The notes below the pieces were generated by a model. The model did not search any database. It was not told where the DNA came from and worked only from the letters and a program-made list of their open reading frames with translations. Made by a program: the position numbers and the translations under genes. Positions 30,621-41,411 of a stretch of DNA of 64,000 nt are shown here, in pieces (within the stretch, counting starts at the first letter, position 1; every line of letters begins with the position of its first letter). Source of the DNA: Candidatus Latescibacterota bacterium (GTDB lineage Bacteria; Latescibacterota; UBA2968; UBA8231); NCBI GenBank assembly GCA_965206595.1, contig OZ242214.1, positions 4,544,001 to 4,608,000 of the forward strand, in the 5' to 3' direction.

Positions 30621-31170
30621 TCAGTTCTGGTTGAGAAAATTGGCGAGCAGCCGCTTACCGGCCCCGGTCAGGATGGATTCGGGGTGGAATTGGACTCCCT
30701 GAACCGGGAAGTCGCGGTGGCGGATGCCCATGATGACGCCGTCGCCGGTTTCGGCCACTACCTCAAGGCAGTCGGGCAGGGTCTCGCGCTCGACGACGAG
30801 CGAGTGGTAACGCGTAGCGGTGAAGGGGTTGGGCAAGGCGGCGAAGAGGCGCTGACCGTCGTGGTGGATTTCCGACGTCTTTCCGTGCATGATGCAGGGC
30901 GCGCGCAGGACGATACCGCCGAAGGCCTGGCCGATCGCCTGGTGCCCGAGACAGACGCCGAGCAGGGGTATTTTTGGGCCGAGTCGAATCGCCAGTTCCA
31001 TCGAGATGCCCGCCTCGTTCGGCGTACAGGGGCCAGGCGAGATGACGATCTTCTCAGGCTGGAGAGCGGCCACTTCATCGACGCTGATCTTGTCGTTCCG
31101 GTGCACCTGCAACTCGGCGCCGAGCTCTCCCAGGTACTGAACGAGATTGTATGTAAAGGAATCGTAGTTA

Positions 31171-31187
<17 letters not shown>
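30621..31187 (-). CDS. trpG: Anthranilate synthase component II (glutamine amidotransferase)
   Basis: [33 protein letters not shown]. Confidence 0.94.
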
Positions 31188-32757
<1,570 letters not shown>

Positions 32758-32838
32758 CGAAGTGCTCTTCAGGTGGCTTTGGCTTCGGTTTTTTTGTGTA
32801 ACGGCTCTGCTGCCCGGCTGCTCAGGTCGGGGTCCGGC

Positions 32839-32871
32839 AAAAAAAAACCGCGGACGCTGATGCGTCCGCGG
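32839..32871 (-). terminator. Intrinsic terminator of the trp attenuator
   Basis: On the minus strand: CCGCGGACGC-ATCA-GCGTCCGCGG (perfect 10-bp stem) followed by T9. Confidence 0.93.
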
Positions 32872-32893
32872 CGACTCTTCGATATTTGTTGTG

Positions 32894-33004
32894 TCAGGCC
32901 CCGGCGGGCCATCTGGTGGACGCATCCATTTCGCGCTTGTGATATCGGAACCGCCACCAGTAGCGGCGGCCTGCGATCAAACCTGCGTCCATGAGTCTCG
33001 TCAT
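32894..33004 (-). CDS. trpL: trp leader peptide
   Basis: MTRLMDAGLIAGRRYWWRFRYHKREMDASTRWPAGA (alternative start ATG 32992); tandem Trp codons immediately upstream of the terminator. Confidence 0.88.
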   Translation of the reverse strand: MTRLMDAGLIAGRRYWWRFRYHKREMDASTRWPAGA

Positions 33005-33025
33005 TTCGTCACCTGCAACGGAGGT

Positions 33026-33054
33026 ATTCTAGGCCGCCGTTTTGAAACTGTCAA
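33026..33054 (-). promoter_or_regulatory. Sigma70 promoter of the trp/aro operon
   Basis: TTGACA (33054-33049), 17-nt spacer, TAGAAT (33031-33026). Confidence 0.85.
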
Positions 33055-33082
33055 CAGCCTGGCCGGCCATTCCGGCTTGCGC

Positions 33083-33871
33083 CTATTGCTCTTCGTCGCC
33101 GACCGAAACGGTCTCGATCTCGAGATCCTCGCGAAGTGCGATGCGGTCGACCTGACCGTCGGAGATCCAGACGACGCGGTCCGATACGCTGAGCATCTTG
33201 TGATCGTGGGTCGCCGAAATCACGGTAACTCCCGATGTCTGGTTCATGGAGCGCAGCAGCTCGATGATTTCGGTGCCGGTACGGAGATCGAGGTTGGCTG
33301 TCGGCTCGTCGGCGAGCACGACGGCCGGATCGTTGGCCAGGGCGCGGGCGACGGCGACGCGCTGCTGCTGGCCGCCGGAGAGCTCGAAGGGTTTGTGCGA
33401 ATGCCGGTCTCCCAGGCCCACCTTGCCGAGAAGGTCCATGCCCTTGTCGCGGGATTCGTCGCTGGTGAGGCCGGCGAAGACCATGGGAAGAGTCACGTTT
33501 TCGAGCGCCGTCATCACCGGAATCAGGTTGAAGGACTGAAAGATGTAGCCGATCTTGCGGCAGCGCAGCCAAGCGAGCTCATATGCGTCGAGTTGGGCGA
33601 CGTCCACTTCGTCGATGTAAACCTTGCCTTCCGACGGCTTGTCGAGTCCGCCGACCATGTTGAAGAGAGTGCTCTTTCCGGAACCGGAGGGCCCCATGAT
33701 GGACATGTACTCGCCGGAGTAGATCTCGAGATCCACCCCCCGCAAGGCGTGCACCTCCGTCGCCCCCATCTGGTACATCTTCTTGACCTTCTGAGTGCGC
33801 ACGACGGTGCGCTTCTCTTCGGCGGTCGTCACGCCTGCGTCGACAGCTGCCAGGGTATCTTCGCTTGCCAT
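33083..33871 (-). CDS. ABC transporter ATP-binding protein (LolD/MacB-like)
   Basis: GPSGSGKST, LSGGQQQRV, LADEPT, ATHD. Confidence 0.93.
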   Translation of the reverse strand: MASEDTLAAVDAGVTTAEEKRTVVRTQKVKKMYQMGATEVHALRGVDLEIYSGEYMSIMGPSGSGKSTLFNMVGGLDKPSEGKVYIDEVDVAQLDAYELAWLRCRKIGYIFQSFNLIPVMTALENVTLPMVFAGLTSDESRDKGMDLLGKVGLGDRHSHKPFELSGGQQQRVAVARALANDPAVVLADEPTANLDLRTGTEIIELLRSMNQTSGVTVISATHDHKMLSVSDRVVWISDGQVDRIALREDLEIETVSVGDEEQ

Positions 33872-33902
33872 GAATAGTCTCGTCGGTGATAGGCGGAGAG
33901 GC

Positions 33903-34607
33903 TCAGGTGTCGGAGCGCATCGCTTCGACAGGCTCCATCTTCGCCGCCTTGTAGGCCGGCAACATGGCGCCGATGAGAGACAGCAGCGTTCCGCAGACGA
34001 TCGCAGCGCCGCCGGACCGCACGACGTCGATCGTCGGAAAATAATCGAAGACGAATTCGCCGTAGTCGAAGAGGGCGAGAAGAACAGTCAACAGGAGGCC
34101 GATGAGGATACCGGCGACGGTGCCCGCAGCTCCCTGGAACGTCGATTCGAGCAGAAACAGCTTGATGATGAAGGAGTCGAGAGCGCCGAGACACTTCATC
34201 GTACCGATCTCGCGGAATCGCTCCGTCACCGACATCAGCATGGCGTTGGCGATGCCGACGACGCAGACCAGAAGCGACAGGCTTATCAGCCAGGTCTGCT
34301 TGGAGCGCTCTTCCGCAATTCGCGCCTGGGCTTCGCTGGAAGCCTCGGCCATCTCGGCGGTCACCGTCTCGATGCCGTTCTTCTGCAACAGCAGGTTCAG
34401 TTCGCTCTTGTTGGCATCGCGCATGCTGGCGACGAGGTCGTTGCTGCTCCACACCGACATCAGGAAGGCAATGGCCAGCACTATGCCGCTGGTGGTTATC
34501 AGCGAACGGCCGAAGCGGATTTTGAGGCTGCGCAGGCTGATCTCGATCGCCTTGCTGAACGGAAGGACGATCTCGCGCCCCCCTGCTATCTGGATGCTCT
34601 GTGTCAT
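33903..34607 (-). CDS. FtsX-like ABC permease (short extracytoplasmic loop)
   Basis: GIANAMLMSVTERFREIGTMKCLGA, FLLES, PAYKAAKMEPVEAMR. Confidence 0.9.
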   Translation of the reverse strand: MTQSIQIAGGREIVLPFSKAIEISLRSLKIRFGRSLITTSGIVLAIAFLMSVWSSNDLVASMRDANKSELNLLLQKNGIETVTAEMAEASSEAQARIAEERSKQTWLISLSLLVCVVGIANAMLMSVTERFREIGTMKCLGALDSFIIKLFLLESTFQGAAGTVAGILIGLLLTVLLALFDYGEFVFDYFPTIDVVRSGGAAIVCGTLLSLIGAMLPAYKAAKMEPVEAMRSDT

Positions 34608-34777
34608 TTCAGGACCATGATTTCGGCAAGCTGCTCAACATCTTTCGGTGTAATTGACTAGCGAACGTTGGACTCGTCAAGTCAATCCGGCATTCGGCAC
34701 GCGATCCGGCGAGCCGTGCCGGACGCGTTTTCCCGGATCCACTGGTGGTTGAGGTGCGGTTTCACCGCCCGGAGCCA

Positions 34778-36517
34778 CTATCCTCTGGAGCGGATTTCGA
34801 CCAGCGGCAAGTCGTCCATCGATTGCGGTTCGATTTCCCCGGCCAGACGGGGGAAAGAGGCCGGCACCATACGCACGTGGACGGAGCGCATCCCGCGGCC
34901 CCCGAGAGGTTTGAGCGAGTGGGATATGGTCGCCGACGTGAAGATGACTTCGTCGACCGAGTACTCGGCGACGAGCTCCTCCAACTGGTCAATTGAACCG
35001 ACGATCTGGATGCCTTCGAGGACGCGGCCGGCACTGTCTCTGTCCGGACCGACGACGCCGATCAGTTCGCAGTCGAGGTAGTTCGTCTTGCGGAAGTAGT
35101 CGAGCAATTCCCGGGCGCTTTCGTCCACTCCCACCACCAGTGTGCGCCTGCCCTTGCGGACGTGGCGCGACTGGAGCAGCCGGCGCCAACCGATACGCCA
35201 GCCGGCTACCAGAATCGTGTTGAAGACCCACGCCGCTCCCACTGCCAGCCGCGAAAAATTGTAGGCCTTGAAAAAAAAGACGCTGGTCACGATGACGGCG
35301 AATCCGAGGGCGACCCCGGCGACCGCCCAGGCTGCGGAGAGGCGGCGGCGGTCGTACAGCCCAACGAGGAAAAACGAGGATACCCAGATGAAGGTTGGAA
35401 GCGCGTGGAGCACCTGCCATTCCATGTCGCTGTACGGAGGCGGAGTCAGCCAGCGCGTCGGATTGACGTCGAGGGCGATGCGATTGGCGATCGCTTCGAG
35501 GTCGCCAATCAGCGGCATCGCCTCGGGATGGTAACGTACGGCCAGCCCCAGTTTCAGGCCGAGGAGAACCAGTAGCGCATCGAGCGCCGGCACGGTCAGG
35601 CGGCGGGCAAGGGGGCCGAGGAAGGAGAACAGTCCGTACAAGAGGATGCCGAGGTTCAGCAGCAGCAGGGGTGAGAGGCGGTAGCGCTGCTTCAGGTGCT
35701 TGCGCACGAAAATCGCCATCGCCTCGTTCTTCCGGTACTGGGTGCGCATCTCGACCTTCTTGCCGCTCTCCCCCCTGAAATGGATGATCTCGGTGTCCGG
35801 CACGTAGTAGATCTTCCACCCTGCCTGCTGCATGCGGTAACACCAGTCGATGTCCTCTCCATACATGAAGTAGTCTTCGTCGAGGGGGCCGACCTCGTCG
35901 ATGACGCGACGGCGCACCATCATGCAGGAGCCGGAGAGGGCGTCGACTTCGCTGACCTGCTCTTCGTCGAGGTAGGTCAGGTTGTAGCGGCCGAACCGGC
36001 GGCTGTCGGGAAACAACCGGCTCAGGCCGCTGAGCTTGTAGAAGGCGGCCATCGGCGTCGGGAAACTTCGCCGCGACTCCAGCTGCAGGGTGCCGTCGGG
36101 ATTGAGAATTTTGCAGCCCGCGGCCGCCGCCTCGGGATGATCGTCGAGAAACTGCACCAGGCAGCGGAGGGTGTCGGGGCGCACGATGGTATCGGAGTTC
36201 AGGAGCAGGGCGTAGCGCCCGCGCGAGCGCCGGAAGGCGATGTTGTTGGCCGCGGCGAAGCCGAGGTTGCGCTCGTTCCGGATCAGCTCGACCTCGGGGA
36301 ATTTCCGCTCCACCATCTCGACGCTGTCGTCGCGGGAGGCGTTGTCGACTACGATCACCTCCACCTCCAGCCCGGCGGAGGCCTCCAGTACCGTGCGCAG
36401 CGTCTGCTCCATCAGGTCGCGCGTGTTGTAGCTCGGTACAACCACGGTGAGATCGATTTCAGGGGCCTGGACGCCCCGCCCGCCACGGGCGGCTTCCCTG
36501 CCGACGGTATCAGTCAT
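34778..36517 (-). CDS. GT2 glycosyltransferase fused to TM and CoA-binding-like domain
   Basis: VDNASRDDS, LLNSDT, SGSCMM, YGEDIDWC; C-terminal TM segments and RTLVVG Rossmann-like region. Confidence 0.88.
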   Translation of the reverse strand: MTDTVGREAARGGRGVQAPEIDLTVVVPSYNTRDLMEQTLRTVLEASAGLEVEVIVVDNASRDDSVEMVERKFPEVELIRNERNLGFAAANNIAFRRSRGRYALLLNSDTIVRPDTLRCLVQFLDDHPEAAAAGCKILNPDGTLQLESRRSFPTPMAAFYKLSGLSRLFPDSRRFGRYNLTYLDEEQVSEVDALSGSCMMVRRRVIDEVGPLDEDYFMYGEDIDWCYRMQQAGWKIYYVPDTEIIHFRGESGKKVEMRTQYRKNEAMAIFVRKHLKQRYRLSPLLLLNLGILLYGLFSFLGPLARRLTVPALDALLVLLGLKLGLAVRYHPEAMPLIGDLEAIANRIALDVNPTRWLTPPPYSDMEWQVLHALPTFIWVSSFFLVGLYDRRRLSAAWAVAGVALGFAVIVTSVFFFKAYNFSRLAVGAAWVFNTILVAGWRIGWRRLLQSRHVRKGRRTLVVGVDESARELLDYFRKTNYLDCELIGVVGPDRDSAGRVLEGIQIVGSIDQLEELVAEYSVDEVIFTSATISHSLKPLGGRGMRSVHVRMVPASFPRLAGEIEPQSMDDLPLVEIRSRG

Positions 36518-37245
36518 GCTCCGCCCTTTCCTGGAATCCTTCCGAACATCCGGGAAAGCCCGAAGACCAGTATCTGCTTGGCGAACAGCAGGTACTCGCG
36601 AGAGTCGAGCTTGCTGGCGCTGAACTGGCGGTTGCGGAACACGAACGGGGTCGATCGATGCGAGGCGTACCTGCCTTTCATCAGAATCTCCAGCAGGATC
36701 TTGTAACCTCCGGAGGTCAGCTCGAATTCCCCGTCGATGACCTCGCGGCGCAGGAAGAAGTATCCCGACAGGGGGTCCTCGACTCCGGTGATCAACCGCG
36801 CCGCGCCCACCCCCACCAGGGAGATCATCTTCCGGTGCAGCGCCCACCTTTCGACCTCGCTGGTTTCGCCGAAACGACTGCCCATGGTCAGGTCGTGCTC
36901 GCGCAGACCGCGAATCAACTCCGGCAGGATCGCCGGATCGTGGCTGAGGTCGGCGTCGATTACGCCGAGGAAGGGCCGCTCGCTCCGGGCGAATCCCGCC
37001 ATTACCGCGGAGCCGAGACCGAGCTTGCCGCTCCGGTGCACGACTTTGACCGGGTAATGGTCCCTGAGCGCTTCGGCCGCCTCACCGGTGCCGTCGGGGG
37101 AGTTGTCGTCCACGACGATCAGCTCGAGATCGATGTCGTCTGCTCCGGCCAGCACCGCGAACAGCTCCTCGGCGAGCAGGGCGATGTTCTCGCGCTCGTT
37201 GTAGGTCGGGGTGATCAGCGAAACGCTGAATTCAGCGTGCGACAT
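36514..37245 (-). CDS. Polyprenol-phosphate mannose synthase (DPM1-like GT2)
   Basis: PTYNERENI, VDDNSPDGT, GKLGLGSA, DADLSHDP, DPLSGYF. Confidence 0.9.
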   Translation of the reverse strand: MSHAEFSVSLITPTYNERENIALLAEELFAVLAGADDIDLELIVVDDNSPDGTGEAAEALRDHYPVKVVHRSGKLGLGSAVMAGFARSERPFLGVIDADLSHDPAILPELIRGLREHDLTMGSRFGETSEVERWALHRKMISLVGVGAARLITGVEDPLSGYFFLRREVIDGEFELTSGGYKILLEILMKGRYASHRSTPFVFRNRQFSASKLDSREYLLFAKQILVFGLSRMFGRIPGKGGA

Positions 37246-38146
37246 CGGAGAAGATATCCTCGAATTCGGCGCGGAAGCAGGGTTCGGCTCTCATCTCGTC
37301 CAATCCGGCGCACAGGCCCAGCATGGGGCGTTCCAGCTCGGCCTCTGTTTTCGCGGTCTTCAGGCCAGAGCGCAGCGGCCGCTCGGCGAGCTGGCCGATT
37401 GCCGTTGTGGGAACGGAGACAATCCCCCCGGTATCGAACCCGAAGGTGGATGCGAGTTTTTCGACCAGCTCGAGGCGGGTCATGAAGTCGGCGCCCCCCA
37501 CGTGGTAGAGCCCGTGGCAATCCCTTCTGCACAGGTCGAGAATGGCGCGCGCAAGGTCGGGTGCGAACGTCGGGTTGCCCCATTGGTCGTCGGCGATTCT
37601 GAGGGTGGCCCCGCGGGCGAAGGAGTGCAATGGCCAGGTGACGAGATTGCGGCGCACCCCGGGGGCATGGCCGTAGAGCCACAAGGTGCGCACGACCAGA
37701 CCCGCGGGATCCCCCGCGAGGGCGACCCGCTCGCTCTCGAGCTTGATGCGCCCATAGTGGGACAGCGGGTTGGGCTCGTCCGCCTCGGAGTATGGTCCGC
37801 CGCGGCCGTCGAAGACGTAATCCGTCGACAGCTGCACGAGCCTGGTCCCCGCAGCCGTACAGACCGCGGCAAGGACTTTGACGAGCCCGAGGTTGATCCG
37901 GCGGGCGCGGTCGGGGTCCGCTTCGCAGCCGTCGACGTCGGTCCAGGCCGCGGTGTGGATCACCCAGTCCGGTGACGTGCCGGCGATCAGGTTCTCTACC
38001 GCGGCGGCGTCCGCGAGGTCGATCCGGTGATAGGCCGGGCCGACCGGCTCCTCCCGGCGACCGCAGGATATCAGCTCGACACCGCCGGCCGCCTGCAACA
38101 GCGACCTGCCGAGCAGGCCGTGGGCGCCTGTGACGAGAACCTTCAC
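37232..38146 (-). CDS. rmlD: dTDP-4-dehydrorhamnose reductase
   Basis: VTGAHGLLG, AAWTDVDGCE, STDYVFDG, YGRIK, DQWGNPT. Confidence 0.9.
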   Translation of the reverse strand: MKVLVTGAHGLLGRSLLQAAGGVELISCGRREEPVGPAYHRIDLADAAAVENLIAGTSPDWVIHTAAWTDVDGCEADPDRARRINLGLVKVLAAVCTAAGTRLVQLSTDYVFDGRGGPYSEADEPNPLSHYGRIKLESERVALAGDPAGLVVRTLWLYGHAPGVRRNLVTWPLHSFARGATLRIADDQWGNPTFAPDLARAILDLCRRDCHGLYHVGGADFMTRLELVEKLASTFGFDTGGIVSVPTTAIGQLAERPLRSGLKTAKTEAELERPMLGLCAGLDEMRAEPCFRAEFEDIFSDVAR

Positions 38147-39681
38147 GGCTGGGCTCCGCTCATCTGCGCCCGGCGCACCATGGCCGCGGCGAACCCTGCG
38201 TGGGTGCGGGAGGCGGAGCCGGCGATTCGCGCCGCCGCGGCGACCGCTGCGGCATCGTCCAGTCTGCCGCGGTCGAGGTAGACCTCGACCGCGATGGCGT
38301 TCCCGGAAGGATGGATGTCATCCTCGAAGGGAATCTGCTCCTCCCAGACGGGCAGTGGGGCGCTGGCGGGCAAGACGTCCCTGAAGCCGCCGGCCCGGTA
38401 ATCGTAGAGGTTTTCCTCGGTCCATCTCAACGTGCGTTCCGCTGCATGAAGGAAACGATCCTCCCCGCTCCACCGGTGGGCCCGCCACATGGCGCGGCTC
38501 ACCAGCAGCTGGTCCGCAAGCAGGCCGGAGGCGCAGCCGGCGAGCCTGCAGTGAACCACCCGGCCGTCCTCGTCGACCAGCGCCGCCAGCAGCGCCGCGG
38601 CCGCGCTTGCCGCCAGCTCCCCCCATTCCCGCTGCCCGAGCTGCTCGGCGGCATCGAACAGGGCGAGGAAGAGCCGGGCATTGCGGCCAGCGTATGCCGT
38701 CCGGTCCGTCCACCAGACCGCTTCCCCGGTGCCGGTCTCCACACGTACCTGGCGCCCGTGGAAAAGGCGCCGCTCGGCGTCGTAGAGCTCCCGGCGAACG
38801 AAAGCGAGTTGCGTGTCCAGAAGAGGGTTGAAAGCCTCCGGATCCGCCTCGCGGATCGCGAGCAACAGCTGCACCAGGCCGGCCTGATCGGCCGCGTCCC
38901 TGGCTCCCGACGGCGTCGTCCAGTCCGGGGTGTGGGAAAACGAGTGTATGCCACCGGCTTCGGCATCCCACATCGGGGACCGCAGCATGGTCTCGACCGT
39001 CGCCTGCCACATCTCGCGGGCCGTCTCGTCCCCGGTATATCTATTGTAGCCCAACAGGAAGTGGAGAACCAACAGCCCGGGGAACTTCCCGGAGCCGCCG
39101 AAACCCCCGTGCGCCGAGTCGTAGTCGGCGGCAACCGCGGCGAACACGTCCGCCGGGGACAGCCGGGTGCGGCCAGGATCCATCTTTACTTCAGCGGCCT
39201 TTTCAATCAGCACTTCGCGCCTTTTTTCGAAGTGGTCGACCATGTGCATCAGCCAGGTGCGCGCGTTCCGCGCCGGCAGATCGGTAGCCGTCGCTACGGC
39301 GCTGCCGTCGGGGAGGAGAAGGGCGAGGGCAGGCCAGCCGCGCGGGGCGTAGCGGCGCGCCAGGTCGGGGCGCTGAAAGGGATTCGCCCGGAAGGCGGTG
39401 AATTTCTGCTCGATCAGATAGCGCACCGAGGCGTCGTCGTTGGCGAAAACCCCGTCGGCTCCCTCGGCGGCGAAGTAGAGCAGCAGGGGAAGATCCCGAT
39501 CCTGCGCCCGCTGAAAAGTCTGCCGGTCCCAGGAGTTCCAGGGGATGCCGGCGGAATCCCTTGCCGGAGCCGCGGCCGCATCCGGCGCCCGTCCGTCCGT
39601 TGTGGCGGTGTCCTCACCGGACTGCCCGCCGCAGGCCAGCATCAGCGCCGGCAGGAACCACCAGCCCTGGGACAGGTTCAT
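38143..39681 (-). CDS. YyaL/SSP411-like thioredoxin + six-hairpin protein, putative lipoprotein
   Basis: LMLACG lipobox, IPW..W...F..A...D.P, RPDL..RY, GWP, GGFG..GKFP, PSGN. Confidence 0.75.
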   Translation of the reverse strand: MNLSQGWWFLPALMLACGGQSGEDTATTDGRAPDAAAAPARDSAGIPWNSWDRQTFQRAQDRDLPLLLYFAAEGADGVFANDDASVRYLIEQKFTAFRANPFQRPDLARRYAPRGWPALALLLPDGSAVATATDLPARNARTWLMHMVDHFEKRREVLIEKAAEVKMDPGRTRLSPADVFAAVAADYDSAHGGFGGSGKFPGLLVLHFLLGYNRYTGDETAREMWQATVETMLRSPMWDAEAGGIHSFSHTPDWTTPSGARDAADQAGLVQLLLAIREADPEAFNPLLDTQLAFVRRELYDAERRLFHGRQVRVETGTGEAVWWTDRTAYAGRNARLFLALFDAAEQLGQREWGELAASAAAALLAALVDEDGRVVHCRLAGCASGLLADQLLVSRAMWRAHRWSGEDRFLHAAERTLRWTEENLYDYRAGGFRDVLPASAPLPVWEEQIPFEDDIHPSGNAIAVEVYLDRGRLDDAAAVAAAARIAGSASRTHAGFAAAMVRRAQMSGAQP

Positions 39682-39830
39682 GGCGCCCATGCCCCCTGGT
39701 GCCCCAACCCGGAAACAGCTCGAAGACATCCCACCGCGGAACAGAGTGAATCGCGGGCAGGAACGGCCCTCGGGACCGGCGAGGTATCGGCGAGACAGAA
39801 CCCCGGCTGCGATGGCACTATGTCGGCCGC

Positions 39831-41411
39831 TCACCCTTGAAATTCTAGGACGTAGGTGTCGGGGTTCTTCCGGTGCCAGACGATGCGGAAGAGATCGGGA
39901 TATTTCCCGATCGCCGGCACCAGGTAACGCGACGTCGAGGGGAAGGGAAGCTGGTCGACGACAACGAAATCCGCCCCCCTGCTGCGCAGGTCGGCGAGCA
40001 CGGTGTCGGGGTCCTTGAACTTGTAGCCGACCGTCCGCCGTCCGGACACCACGTGCATCCAGAAACCCTTGCGGCAGGAAATCACCGAGTCTGCAGGCAG
40101 GTTGTTGCGGATCCACAGGCCGGCGTCGTAGTAGCGCTGCCATCCCGGCTGATACCGCCCGCGGGCGTACCGGGCCTGGCTCTGCAGTCCGTCGAGCTGC
40201 GAGTTGAGCAGGAGCAGCAGGGCGGTGGTCCCCAGAACCGCGGAAAGCGGCCGCCCGGCGATGGCGCCGAGCCTGGTCAGGAGGTCCCCGGCGACCCGCA
40301 CGGCAAAGAACAGCAGCACCGGAATGGCGGGCAGAAGGAAGCGGTCTCCTATCCAGGGCCACAGGAACATCAGGCCCAGGAACAGCACCCCGTAAATCCA
40401 GATCAGCAGATTCTCGCGCCTGCGAATGCAGAGGAAGCTGGCGTACAAGGCGACGGCTGCGATTGCGAGAGTCACCGGGTTGAAGAGCGACTGGGCTCCA
40501 GGAAAGGAGGGCCACAGCGTCTTCGGCATTATGTGGACGAGATAGGCCTGGAGGTTGCCCCCGAGGCGTTCGAAAAAGCCGGCGGCGTCGAGGTATCCGC
40601 GGTCGGGATGATAGGGGTTCACCTGCAGAAACTGGGTCACGTACACGCCGCCGCGGCCGCTGAAATGGTTGCGCAGCGACCAGGGCAGGGCCACGGCGAA
40701 AGCCCCCGCAGCCAAGACCAGGGCGCGCCGGTACTGCCGGTCGAAGGCGAGGAAGAGCAGGACCGCGGCCACCAGCAGGACGCCGACGCTGCGGACGTAG
40801 TACGCCCACATCATGCAGATGAACCCGGCGGTCAGCCAGGGATTCGTCAGTCCCTCGCGGCAACGGGCGCCGCGCCGCACCAGGAACAGGGTTGCCAGCG
40901 AAAACAGGGTGTAGGGGATTTCCGACATCACCTGGCTGCCGTACTCGACCAGCTTGGGCTGGGCAGCGCACAGCAGGGCGGCGGCCCAGGCGGACACCTC
41001 CCCCAGGCAGTCCCTGGCGAGGAGGTAGGCAGCCACAGGAACGCCGGCGAAGAGCACGGCAACCAGCCACTTCATCGAGATGAAGTCCCGCACCGGTTCC
41101 CCGCCGCCAGCGGCATCCTGTTCAGAGCCGGGGCCGAAGATCCAGGCCAGCGGCGACAGCATCAGAGGGAAGCCGAAAGGGTACTTCGTCGCCGGCTTCA
41201 TGTCGGGGTCGTTGATGTAGTGCAGTCCCTCCCCCTGGGCCAGGGAACGGGCGAGGATGACGAACTCGGTATTGTCGCCGCTGAGAGAGAGCTTTTCGTC
41301 GAAGCACCAGGCCGCGGCGACGAACCCGACGATCCCCCAGATCGCCGCAACCGCGGTACGGCCGCGTCGCGAGCCGATAAAGGCCGCGACCGAGGTCGGT
41401 ACCGCGCTCAG
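39831..41411 (-). CDS. GT-C fold membrane glycosyltransferase (ArnT/PMT-like); probable CTG start
   Basis: SGDNTEF..LARSLAQGEG, YPFGFP, MSEIPY, RFLLP; GGAGG 7 nt upstream of in-frame CTG 41411. Confidence 0.78.
   Translation of the reverse strand: MSAVPTSVAAFIGSRRGRTAVAAIWGIVGFVAAAWCFDEKLSLSGDNTEFVILARSLAQGEGLHYINDPDMKPATKYPFGFPLMLSPLAWIFGPGSEQDAAGGGEPVRDFISMKWLVAVLFAGVPVAAYLLARDCLGEVSAWAAALLCAAQPKLVEYGSQVMSEIPYTLFSLATLFLVRRGARCREGLTNPWLTAGFICMMWAYYVRSVGVLLVAAVLLFLAFDRQYRRALVLAAGAFAVALPWSLRNHFSGRGGVYVTQFLQVNPYHPDRGYLDAAGFFERLGGNLQAYLVHIMPKTLWPSFPGAQSLFNPVTLAIAAVALYASFLCIRRRENLLIWIYGVLFLGLMFLWPWIGDRFLLPAIPVLLFFAVRVAGDLLTRLGAIAGRPLSAVLGTTALLLLLNSQLDGLQSQARYARGRYQPGWQRYYDAGLWIRNNLPADSVISCRKGFWMHVVSGRRTVGYKFKDPDTVLADLRSRGADFVVVDQLPFPSTSRYLVPAIGKYPDLFRIVWHRKNPDTYVLEFQG

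Noticed and set aside
34653-34686. Inverted repeat ATTGACT...AGTCAAT upstream of the ABC permease
   Set aside because: Could be an operator or -35 elements, but there is no well-spaced -10 and no regulator nearby; too weak to call
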